16,123 bases of DNA, taken from the IMG/VR virus record IMGVR_UViG_2541047805_000004; one strand, 5' to 3'. Positions within the stretch are counted from its first letter, which is position 1. Each line of letters starts with the position of its first letter. Shown piece by piece: positions 7,866-15,577 of this stretch. Source of the stretch: a virus. Lineage: Duplodnaviria > Heunggongvirae > Uroviricota > Caudoviricetes. A program made the translations under genes and the position numbers. The notes below the pieces were generated by a model. That model worked only from the letters and a program-made list of their open reading frames with translations. It made no database searches and was not told where the DNA came from.

Positions 7866-8249
7866 TTAATTAGAGTTATTAACAACGATATCCATCTCTA
7901 ACCGGATATCTAATGCCATTAACATCCCTTCAATTATGCCCTCAGCCTTCTGTAACCTTTTCCCGATATAACCATCAGAGCAGCAATGCTTACCTGCCAG
8001 TGACATGAATGTCATACCGACTACATAATAATCTACTAATAAATCGTGCAAATCGCTGTTGTTCTTTTTCAGACGGGCCATGCACCCGCAAATGATCATC
8101 GCGTCATCGTCACAACATTGCGGGCGAGATTTTACTTTTGAAGGAATTAATCCCTTAAAACCGGCGGCAATGGACGACCAGGTCACATCTTCATGATTAT
8201 TAGCCGCCCACGCTCCCCAACGCTCAAGAACCATCTGAATATCACGCAT
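7866..8249 (-). CDS. quuD: Late-gene antiterminator Q (phage 82/21-type)
   Basis: 127-aa product from the ATG at 8249: [24 protein letters not shown]...[16 protein letters not shown]... (Cys-rich zinc-binding region). I recognise it as DLP12 QuuD. The track ORF starts five codons upstream. Confidence 0.85.
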   Translation of the reverse strand: MRDIQMVLERWGAWAANNHEDVTWSSIAAGFKGLIPSKVKSRPQCCDDDAMIICGCMARLKKNNSDLHDLLVDYYVVGMTFMSLAGKHCCSDGYIGKRLQKAEGIIEGMLMALDIRLEMDIVVNNSN

Positions 8250-8352
8250 CAACTTACTCCACAAAAATCAGACCAGAACGCCAATTACAAGCAAAAATCA
8301 ATAAAACAGTATTAGTTGATTGTTATCTCTGACTTCATACTCCTGCTCCTGT

Positions 8353-8472
8353 CAGGGTTTTGGCGTAATTCTTCAGTATTCGGTAATCGGTCAAAACAGA
8401 ACCGGGGAAACGATATAAGCGCAGACGCCCCCAGCGGTGGCGAAGAAGTTCTGCTATATTAAACTCAAACAT
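8353..8472 (-). CDS. ylcG: Small ORF, YlcG-like
   Basis: Hand translation from the ATG at 8472 (overlapping the rusA stop): [39 protein letters not shown]-stop, 39 aa. It is below the ORF-track size cutoff. Position between rusA and Q matches ylcG in DLP12. Confidence 0.4.
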
Positions 8473-8834
8473 CATTCATTCCCCATTTCGGTGATGGTCA
8501 GTTCCAGCCTCCCACCTTTGGTAACAGGCATCTTCACAACGCGGTAATCAACGACCTGAGCATCATCCAGCCAGAAACCTGCTTTAGTGAGTGCGTCAAA
8601 AGCGGCTTTTTGCAGATTATCCAGGTCACGGCGACGGCGATCCGGCATGTGGCACTCAATGCGGATTTTCACAGGCATAGCCAGGCCGATATCCAGCATT
8701 GCGCTTTTAATGATTCGGGCGACGTTATCGCGGTATGCCTGCCCCTCTGCACTGACGTGCGTGCGCCCGCGATTATGGCGGTAATAGCGATTATTGCTCG
8801 GAGGCCAGGGTAATGTGATACTGTAGGTATTCAC
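8472..8834 (-). CDS. rusA: Holliday junction resolvase RusA
   Basis: 120-aa [45 protein letters not shown]..., recognised as RusA. GTG start at 8834 overlapping the ybcO stop. Confidence 0.9.
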   Translation of the reverse strand: MNTYSITLPWPPSNNRYYRHNRGRTHVSAEGQAYRDNVARIIKSAMLDIGLAMPVKIRIECHMPDRRRRDLDNLQKAAFDALTKAGFWLDDAQVVDYRVVKMPVTKGGRLELTITEMGNE

Positions 8835-9121
8835 GCCTTAATAACCCCCTCTTTCAGCCAGATAACCTGTGTTCTCGCCATACCTTCCAGCGCGCATTCT
8901 TTTGCATATGCAGCATCGACAAAATGTGTGCGGCGGTCGATTTCGTCGTGGCAGGCAGAACATGCAATGGTGGCAATCAGGTCTGGCGGTTTGATACCGG
9001 TACCGCACAATCCAGCCAGCCGGATATGTGCCAGTACAGACGTTTCAGAATTGCCATTACATACGCCAGGGATTCTTACCTGGCATTCCCGACCACGCGC
9101 TGCTTTTCTCAAATCAGCCAT
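8831..9121 (-). CDS. ybcO: YbcO-like protein (DUF1364, putative metal-binding nuclease)
   Basis: 96-aa product from the ATG at 9121 with AAGGAGG RBS: [62 protein letters not shown]... (Cys/His cluster). The track ORF uses an upstream TTG. Confidence 0.8.
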   Translation of the reverse strand: MADLRKAARGRECQVRIPGVCNGNSETSVLAHIRLAGLCGTGIKPPDLIATIACSACHDEIDRRTHFVDAAYAKECALEGMARTQVIWLKEGVIKA

Positions 9122-9284
9122 GATTCCTCCTTGCTGCCAGTCGCAACCATTTTTTATCAACCAGGCTAGCGGTATATCCGAGCAGTGTTGGTATTTCGGA
9201 TGGCTTCAGCTCAGGCTTACGCTTACGACGATTTGATACTCTGTAGATGTGTCCGTTCATGACACGAATAAGCGGTGTAGCCAT
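9114..9284 (-). CDS. ninE: NinE-like small protein
   Basis: Hand translation from the ATG at 9284 (TAATG overlap with the ybcN stop): [56 protein letters not shown]-stop, 56 aa. It overlaps the ybcO start by 8 nt. Below the ORF-track cutoff. Confidence 0.6.
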   Translation of the reverse strand: MATPLIRVMNGHIYRVSNRRKRKPELKPSEIPTLLGYTASLVDKKWLRLAARRNHG

Positions 9285-9739
9285 TACGCCTCCTGCTTGT
9301 CGCGGAGCAGCTGGAACTCGCAGCTCTGCGGAATAGTCAGGTGGCAGCCAATATTCACCGCCCAGGCTTCAACCTTACACAGGAAGACATACATCTCTCC
9401 GGTATCAAGATCGGAGGTATGGCGTAACGACTGGATAGTGGTGATATCACCGGTTACGACATCAACCAGGTCTTTGGTTTCATAACCGAGATATGTGTGT
9501 TTGAGAGCATCTTTTACCCAAGCTGGAGTGGCGAACGTTTTACCCCTGCTGATGAGGTATTCACTGATTTCGCTGTACCACATGTGGCTGAGTGCATTCT
9601 GGGAAAGACTGCGTTTCTCACGCCACGGTTTAAGCACCATGCGAAAGCATTTGCCCTCCTCCAGATAAGGCTGGATCTGCCGACCGATAGCGGTGAAGTT
9701 GCCGCGATGTAATTTGATGCCGTCTTGTGAGAGGTTCAC
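9284..9739 (-). CDS. ybcN: NinB-family recombination protein (YbcN-like)
   Basis: 151-aa ORF with GTG start at 9739 and GGAGGTG RBS 5 nt upstream. It contains ...[22 protein letters not shown]..., resembling the NinB core. Confidence 0.8.
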
Positions 9740-9837
9740 GCTTCACCTCCGCAGAGGTCAAACGCTAGATGCAAAGAATTGCAGGTGCATTTCTGCATCT
9801 GTGAAGGGAGAAGAGAGTTTGGATTGTATGTGCGCAT
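9736..9837 (-). CDS. ylcH: Small ORF (33 aa), possibly YlcH-like
   Basis: Hand translation from the ATG at 9837: [33 protein letters not shown]-stop. Length and position (between ybcM and ybcN) match ylcH of DLP12, but the sequence itself has no recognisable features and coding potential is uncertain. Confidence 0.25.
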
Positions 9838-9860
9838 AAACGTCCCCGTTTAGCGCAGAA

Positions 9861-9889
9861 GTCACCGGAGTTGTTCAGGCTCCGGTGAC
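9861..9889 (-). terminator. GC-rich stem-loop downstream of ybcM (possible terminator with weak U-tract)
   Basis: gtcaccggag ttgttcagg ctccggtgac: a perfect 10-bp stem with a 9-nt loop, about 65 nt after the ybcM stop. The T-run is poor on both strands. Confidence 0.3.
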
Positions 9890-9953
9890 ATAATTATGCC
9901 GTGTTGATTTCCCAAAATCAAAATCGATAGAATTGCTCCTTCTTAAAACACTT

Positions 9954-10751
9954 TTACTCTCTGGAAGCTTTTCTTATCTCTCTTGGTGTTATATTAAAAC
10001 GATTATGAAATCTTTCAGTAAAACGAGAAGGACACTTATAACCATTTTCTCTGGCAATCTCGCTTATAGGTTTTACCGTCGTTTGTATAGCAGACAACGC
10101 ATTATTTAACCTCACATCGTCCAGTATACTTTGGAAACTTACCCCCTCGCTTGCTAGACGGCGATGTAATGTAGAAACAGAAATGTAGAGATATCGAGCA
10201 ACCTTGTTTGCTGTCCATTTTGTGCCGGGTTCGGATAGCAGCAGGTTATAACAACGACTTATCAATGATTGTTTACTATATGATAAAAGTAAATGATTAA
10301 CATGATTCACTCCTAACGAAAGTAGAACGCCCATTGCTAAGTGCTCCTGAATTTTAGTTGAGAAGCCTCGGGAAACAGATGTTTTTAGTTGCTCCCAACA
10401 ATATATTAACTCAGGATTCTGAGGTAAAAAGAAACTTGTTTTGTTACGTATTTGATCAGTTACCGTATAAAGTTTTTGGAAACTCTCAATTAAATCAATG
10501 GGTAAGTAAAGCATTTCTGCAAGATAAAGCCCTGCTTCAGGATAATTCTCAATATAAAATTCATAACCACAAGGAAATAATATTATTTGATTATTATCAA
10601 CAGTTAAAGTATGCGTCTCCCAATTGATAACTTTCTTTCCCTGACGGATACGACACAAAGCTGGCATAAGAGGCTTAACCCTATGAATCTCATGATGTTT
10701 ATGCATCCGTATTTCTTCGATCTTTAAGTTAGTCTTACCTCTTGCCAGCAT
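9954..10751 (-). CDS. ybcM: AraC/XylS-family transcriptional regulator
   Basis: 265-aa ORF. The C-terminal region (...[41 protein letters not shown]...[29 protein letters not shown]) is a typical AraC-type double-HTH domain. Low GC. ATG at 10751. Confidence 0.85.
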
Positions 10752-10760
10752 ACTCTCACC

Positions 10761-11312
10761 CTACTTTATCTCATAAACTGGTGTTATCTCAGCGGTTGCG
10801 ATTTTATTAGCATTAAGCATATAACCAACTAACGCTCCGCTGGAGTTAGAATCTACAGGAATCTTTTCAGTTTTTAGAGCCCATACTTTAAACTGGTAAT
10901 GATGTGGTTTATCTCCTTTAGGAGGACATGCGCCACCAAACCCAGCATAGCCAAAATCATTTCGGCCTTGAACAGCACCAGTCGGCAGTTTTGTTCCATC
11001 ACGTCTCCCTGCATCAACGGGCAAATATGTTATTGTTGCTGGAATATTAACAACAGTCCAATGCCACCAACCACTGCCTGTAGGTGCATCTGGATCATAT
11101 ACAGTTACGGCAAAGCTTTTGGTACCTTCAGGAACACCAGACCAGGTTAATGAGGGCGATGTATTACCACCTTCACACCCAAATCCAGAAAAGACATGAG
11201 ACGTTGTAAGTTGCTCTCCTGTTTTTATTTCATTACTAGTGACCTGAAATGCTGCAGCCTGCGCAGAAAATGTTATGAATGCCAATACAGTTGAAACGAT
11301 AAGTGTTTTCAT
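10761..11312 (-). CDS. ybcL: Periplasmic PEBP/RKIP-family protein (YbcL-like)
   Basis: 183-aa ORF with signal peptide MKTLIVSTVLAFITFSAQA|AAFQ. It has the PEBP-like motif region ...VYDPDAPTGSGWWHW...HHYQFKVWAL. AAGAGG RBS. It is 10 bp upstream of ybcM in the same orientation, so the two probably form an operon. Confidence 0.85.
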   Translation of the reverse strand: MKTLIVSTVLAFITFSAQAAAFQVTSNEIKTGEQLTTSHVFSGFGCEGGNTSPSLTWSGVPEGTKSFAVTVYDPDAPTGSGWWHWTVVNIPATITYLPVDAGRRDGTKLPTGAVQGRNDFGYAGFGGACPPKGDKPHHYQFKVWALKTEKIPVDSNSSGALVGYMLNANKIATAEITPVYEIK

Positions 11313-11528
11313 AAAAACCTCTTTGTTATGACCTATCGTTATTTTATTTGATATTCCTTTATCTCATTATGCATAAAGGCGCAATGTTTATGCAAAAGCA
11401 ATCACAATTGTACCCCCAACCCAATTATTTGCCACAATATACACAAAGCACATTGATACTATCTAAAAACTCTGCTTTATTATTAGTAATACCTACGAAA
11501 GTCGGTGTTATTTTTTAACCTACCATTC

Positions 11529-11578
11529 AAAATACGTGACATACACCATTTTGCTCATAATAATTTGTCACGTATTTT
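11529..11578. repeat. 50-bp element: perfect 13-bp inverted repeats (AAAATACGTGACA / TGTCACGTATTTT) flanking a 24-bp AT-rich spacer
   Basis: Read directly from the sequence: 11529-11541 and 11566-11578 are exact reverse complements. It lies in the intergenic region between the ybcK stop (11777) and the ybcL start (11312). Confidence 0.8.
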
Positions 11579-11776
11579 CAGTATTTGAATCTGCGACCAA
11601 GAGTTCTCACCTAACAAATGATTAAGATTGTATAGCTCATTTACTACCCCAATACAGCCGTACAAAACTCGCTTGTGGGAGCAAACAAAGTAATTACCCA
11701 TTAAGTTTCGTCAAAGATAATTAATTCTGTCTTGCACTTTATCACCATAGCATAACTTAAAATCCGAGATCATTAT

Positions 11777-13303
11777 TTAGAAATAAATCTCACCATCAAC
11801 CATATATTTGAGAGCACTTATCGCCTGCTGGGCGGATATTACTTTCATTAAAGGATAGTGTTTAAAAACAATGCCATTCATAAAATAGATATCACAGGTT
11901 TTATTATCCGTATTAATTATGATTTTTTCGAATGTTTTATAGGCAAGTGTACGGCATAACTCTCGTCCATTTTTACTGGTTAAGTCAATAGCATAAAAAT
12001 CACTGAATGAATTTACACCTTTACTCTTCAAAGTTTTCAATGATACCGAAGCCCTTCGTAATTCCTTATCTAATAGTCTTATTTTCTCTGCTATAGCGGT
12101 AACTTCAGGCGCGACAGACAATGCAACGATTAAATTATTAATTTTCATCTGAAGCTCAATAATTTTTAACTCTAAAGTTTCATTAGCATCTTTCTTGTTT
12201 TCAACTGGTTGAATTTTGCTACAATTAAAAAGCAATTCATTAATGATATTATAATCAACCAAATCTCTTTTTATTGATGGCCTGTCACATCGATGTAATC
12301 TTCTCATCGGACAAACATAATAGCCATGCAAACTTCCAGATACCGCATGAACAATCATGGTATTACCACAAGCCTCACACTTCATAACTGTTCGAAGTAG
12401 ATTTATTAGCATAGGATTCTTGCTACTATTGCTAATACCAAAAGGTGCCAACCGAATTTCCTGTACAGCGTAAAACAAATCATCTGATATAACTCTGGGA
12501 TAATAGCCAGCGATTTCACTTATCCCTTTCCCTCTTGCACGATATGAAGGTACGCATATACCTATCAGAGCTTTATTCGCTAATAATTTTTCAATTACAG
12601 AAGGTCCCCATGCACTTTCTTTTCCTGAGAAATTCTTTACAGCATGATCATTTAAATACTTGGCTATTGCATTCAATGAGCGCCTTTCCATCCTGAGTTT
12701 AAAAATTAGCTCAATAGTTTTCACCCTGTCGGGGTCTGGAACAAAAGCCGTTCTTTTGTCATCTAAGGAGAGCCATCTCGGACAAGACGCCGTCATAATC
12801 GTACCTGATTCCATTGCATCCTGCCGTTTTTTCTTCCATGATAATTTAACCCGACTTGACTTTATCTCGCTTTCTTCATTTGCCCTTTGTGCTATAAGTA
12901 TGGCTTTTATTAATGAATATGGCTCATTCAAAGAGTCAATATTATAGACTGTATTGTCGCAAAGAGTTATAACATCAATACCGTGATTCAAAATCAATTT
13001 CAGACGTTCAATCGCTTCACCGACTTTTTCTCTTGAAAGTCTGTCCAGACTTTCAACTAACAATGTAGTTCCTGGCAATATATAACCATGCTCTATAGCA
13101 TCTAAAAATTCCGAAAAAGCTCCTGATTGTGCATGCTTTCCTTTGAATGCACTTAATCCTAAATCTTCATATGTTATGGTATCAAGATAATAATCACTAT
13201 TTACCTTTAACCATTCAGCAATAAGTCTTCTCTGTCGGTTTAATGAGTCACCAGACATCTGACCTGGTGATGAAAATCGCATATATGCTATGGCTTTTTT
13301 CAT
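11777..13303 (-). CDS. ybcK: Large serine recombinase (resolvase/invertase N-terminal catalytic domain plus recombinase and zinc-ribbon domains)
   Basis: 508-aa ORF. N-terminus AIAYMRFSSPGQ (catalytic Ser context) and LVESLDRLSRE (resolvase motif); a C-terminal Cys cluster (CEACGNTM...YYVCPMRRLHRCD) followed by a coiled-coil-like region. Very low GC. ATG at 13303 with AGGTG RBS. Confidence 0.85.
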   Translation of the reverse strand: MKKAIAYMRFSSPGQMSGDSLNRQRRLIAEWLKVNSDYYLDTITYEDLGLSAFKGKHAQSGAFSEFLDAIEHGYILPGTTLLVESLDRLSREKVGEAIERLKLILNHGIDVITLCDNTVYNIDSLNEPYSLIKAILIAQRANEESEIKSSRVKLSWKKKRQDAMESGTIMTASCPRWLSLDDKRTAFVPDPDRVKTIELIFKLRMERRSLNAIAKYLNDHAVKNFSGKESAWGPSVIEKLLANKALIGICVPSYRARGKGISEIAGYYPRVISDDLFYAVQEIRLAPFGISNSSKNPMLINLLRTVMKCEACGNTMIVHAVSGSLHGYYVCPMRRLHRCDRPSIKRDLVDYNIINELLFNCSKIQPVENKKDANETLELKIIELQMKINNLIVALSVAPEVTAIAEKIRLLDKELRRASVSLKTLKSKGVNSFSDFYAIDLTSKNGRELCRTLAYKTFEKIIINTDNKTCDIYFMNGIVFKHYPLMKVISAQQAISALKYMVDGEIYF

Positions 13304-13487
13304 GGTGACACCTGCTAACGTATGCTTTTATAAACCTTAGTGGTGGGATATAATTTTTGTTTAATTTTTATTTAAAAAGACAATTAAGGTCACATTATCT
13401 TGAATATACAACAATAATCGTATTGCAATTTTCTTACGCCATAATCTTGAAAGCACAAAAGAATACATAAAAAATAAAGACATTAAC

Positions 13488-13527
13488 AAAAAGCATAAAA
13501 CGAGGCTCATATAAATATAAGAGCCTC
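13488..13527 (-). terminator. Predicted rho-independent terminator of emrE
   Basis: About 30 nt after the emrE stop, the minus strand reads GAGGCTC...(12-nt AT loop)...GAGCCTC followed by GTTTTATGCTTTTTG. The stem is 7 bp with a long loop, so this is a moderate call. Confidence 0.45.
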
Positions 13528-13557
13528 CATATTTTAGTCGTTTAGAAACAAATTATT

Positions 13558-13890
13558 TTAATGTGGTGTGCTTCGTGACAATAAATTAATAACCAACACA
13601 CCGGCACAAATCAACATCATGCCTATAATGGCTGGCAGGTCCAGCCGTTGGCCGAAAAATCCCCATGACAGTAAACTAATCAGGACAATACCGACTCCTG
13701 ACCAGATAGCATAAGCAATCCCTGTAGGAATATAAGCCAGCGTCTGAGCTAATAACCAGAATGATGCACAATAACAAATAATTGTACCAACAGATGGCCA
13801 TAACCGTGTAAAACCTTCTGAAAACTTCATTAAGGTTGTACCAATGACCTCTGCAAGTATTGCACCACCAAGATAAATATAAGGGTTCAT
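13558..13890 (-). CDS. emrE: SMR-family multidrug efflux transporter EmrE
   Basis: 110-aa product from the ATG at 13890 (AGGAAAG RBS): MNPYIYLGGAILAEVIGTTLMKFSEGFTRLWPSVGTIICYCASFWLLAQTLAYIPTGIAYAIWSGVGIVLISLLSWGFFGQRLDLPAIIGMMLICAGVLVINLLSRSTPH. Four TM helices and the conserved membrane-embedded Glu (AEVIG). The track ORF includes an upstream in-frame extension. Confidence 0.9.
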   Translation of the reverse strand: MNPYIYLGGAILAEVIGTTLMKFSEGFTRLWPSVGTIICYCASFWLLAQTLAYIPTGIAYAIWSGVGIVLISLLSWGFFGQRLDLPAIIGMMLICAGVLVINLLSRSTPH

Positions 13891-13905
13891 AGCATATTCT
13901 TTCCT

Positions 13906-13940
13906 GTTCAAACTGGAGAGAATTGTACTACAGTTTGAAC
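13906..13940 (-). promoter_or_regulatory. Perfect 10-bp stem / 15-nt loop hairpin immediately upstream of the emrE RBS
   Basis: gttcaaactg (13906-13915) and cagtttgaac (13931-13940) are exact reverse complements. On the minus strand the hairpin ends about 1 nt before the emrE Shine-Dalgarno and lies 18-50 nt after the ren stop. Confidence 0.5.
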
Positions 13941-13957
13941 TCAACTCACCTGTTTCA

Positions 13958-14260
13958 TCATTGTGTTCCCATTGATGTTCTTTTATATACCCTCAATACC
14001 CGTTTCATCGCGGCACTCTGGCGACACTCCTTAAAAATCAGATTCGTGCTCACCTTTCCTTCCCGTTCTTCTCTGGTAGCGAACCGGTAATACACCGTTC
14101 GCCAGACCTTACCATCAACGACCAGGATTCCTGCCCGCGCCATTTTAGCCGCAGCCTGATTTATGCTGGTTACGGTTGCGCCTGTTACCGCGGCAACGTC
14201 CTGTGCACAGAAGCTCTTATGCGTCCCCAGGTAATGAATAATTGCCTCTTTGCCCGTCAT
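13958..14260 (-). CDS. ren: Ren protein (lambda Ren-like)
   Basis: 100-aa ORF MTGKEAIIHYLGTHKSFCAQDVAAVTGATVTSINQAAAKMARAGILVVDGKVWRTVYYRFATREEREGK..., recognised as lambda Ren. The ATG at 14260 overlaps the P stop, as in lambda. Confidence 0.85.
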   Translation of the reverse strand: MTGKEAIIHYLGTHKSFCAQDVAAVTGATVTSINQAAAKMARAGILVVDGKVWRTVYYRFATREEREGKVSTNLIFKECRQSAAMKRVLRVYKRTSMGTQ

Positions 14261-14958
14261 ACACTTGCTCCTTTCAGTCCGAACTTAGCTTTAATTTCTG
14301 CGATCTTCGCCAGAGCCTGTGCACGATTTAGAGGTCTACCGCCCATAACAGGAAGTTGTTTTACTGGTTCAGGTATCGTCTCACCACGGTTAATTCGCGC
14401 TGTCATACAGGTCAGTTCATCGGCAGCCTTGCGCCGTAATTCCGCGTCAGTCAGCGCATTGGCCCGCATGTTCTGGTACAAGTTGGTAACCAACCAGTAA
14501 TGCGCGTTCGATTTCCACGGATAAGACTCTGCATCCGGATACAGGCCACGCTTCCGGCAATACTCGTAAACCATATCAACCAGCTCGCTGACGTTTGGCA
14601 GCCCGGCGTTAACAGATGCTTCTTCCCGGCACCAGGCGACAAACTGCCCGGGTGATGGCAGGAATGGTCGATTCTGCCGACGGGCTACGCGCATTCCAGC
14701 GTTAACCTGTTCCATTGTGGTGATCCCGTTTTCCCGGAAAGCCAGAACCCACTGGCGGCGGATTTCGTTCAGTTCATTCTGGTCACGGTTAGCCAGGCTC
14801 GCCGGGAAAGTTGCCAGTAACTGGCTTAACACACCGTTGATGATCTGCGCTACCTGCTGTACCTGTGGCTTTTCGTCGTACTGTTCCGGCATGTTGTTGG
14901 CGATCCGGCGCATCTGCTCACAGTCAAAGTTAACCATCTGTGCGGCGATGTTTTTCAT
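14257..14958 (-). CDS. P: Replication protein P (DnaB helicase loader), apparently full length
   Basis: 233-aa ORF MKNIAAQMVNFDCEQMRRIANNMPEQYDEKPQVQQVAQIINGV...KAKFGLKGASV, recognised as lambda P at lambda P length. The ATG at 14958 overlaps the end of the O reading frame. Confidence 0.9.
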   Translation of the reverse strand: MKNIAAQMVNFDCEQMRRIANNMPEQYDEKPQVQQVAQIINGVLSQLLATFPASLANRDQNELNEIRRQWVLAFRENGITTMEQVNAGMRVARRQNRPFLPSPGQFVAWCREEASVNAGLPNVSELVDMVYEYCRKRGLYPDAESYPWKSNAHYWLVTNLYQNMRANALTDAELRRKAADELTCMTARINRGETIPEPVKQLPVMGGRPLNRAQALAKIAEIKAKFGLKGASV

Positions 14959-15425
14959 AGCTCCACCCCGTAAATCCAGTCAGTGTTCGTCAGGTCGAGT
15001 TTTGGTTTGCTGGCAGTCACACCAGCCTGTTGCTTGTTACGGTTGATTTCGAGTTGGGTCCACTTGTCGCGGAGTTTGGCCGGACTTAGCACGTTACCGG
15101 ACCAGAAGTTGTCCTGGCATGCCCAGCGGAACAGCACGCACATGTCGCGGTGGTTACGTCCGTCACGTTCACGCATCAGGCGGATATCGTTAGCCCACCC
15201 TGCAAAATTCGGTTTTCTGGCTGATGGCGCGATGGTCTTCACCATGTCAAACATCCACTCTGCGGCGGTCAGGTCTTCTGCTGTCCCCCACCTGCTGCCG
15301 CTCTGAATTGCAGCATCTGGTTTCTCCACAGGAAGATCGTTTTCTGGTTGGTCAGAGGATTCGCCAGAATTCTCGGACGAAAAAGGTTTTATATTGTCTT
15401 TTGTTAGTTTGTCTTTTGTGTTTAC
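14955..15425 (-). pseudogene. O: Replication initiator O, 3' fragment only (ori AT-rich region and C-terminal P-interacting domain); iterons and N-terminal domain absent
   Basis: The frame ending ...KPKLDLTNTDWIYGVEL-stop is open upstream to about 15518 with no ATG. Minus-strand sequence from about 15420 downward (ACAAAAGACAAACTAACAAAAGACAATATAAAACC...GAGAATTCTGGCGAATCCTCTGACCA...) matches my recollection of the lambda ori AT-rich region and the downstream O coding sequence. Sequence above about 15425 is unrelated. Confidence 0.7.
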
Positions 15426-15565
15426 CTGATTCGGGTAAACGCCTTTACCCCAGCTTCGGCTTCGCGGAGAATACTGATGATCTGTTCGTCGGAAAAACGC
15501 TTCTTCATGGGGATGTCCTCATGTGGCTTATGAAGACATTACTAACATCGGGGTGTACTAATCAA
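15422..15565 (-). mobile_element. Remnant of an IS3-family insertion sequence (left end plus the first ~21 codons of the transposase OrfA) at the int/O deletion junction
   Basis: The minus-strand ATG at 15508 encodes MKKRFSDEQIISILREAEAGV..., a typical N-terminus of IS3-family OrfA (HTH_Tnp_1) proteins. The frame then hits a stop after 28 codons, where the sequence becomes the lambda ori region. About 55 bp upstream of the ATG, a TGATTAG... sequence is consistent with an IS terminus. Boundaries are approximate. Confidence 0.35.
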
Positions 15566-15577
15566 CGGGGAGCAGGT

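Noticed and set aside
14219-15306. + strand ORFs 14219-14500, 14717-15046, 14983-15306 and the N-terminal part of 15224-16123, antisense to P and O
   Set aside because: All are antisense to sequence that matches lambda P/O in the minus frame. The 15224-16123 ORF is real only from about 15578 onward (Int fragment); its upstream part is an artefact of an open frame across the junction.
15395-15419. Direct repeats TGTCTTTTGT x2, considered as iterons
   Set aside because: They fall in what matches the lambda ori AT-rich region rather than the iteron block. The iterons proper appear to have been removed by the IS-associated deletion.
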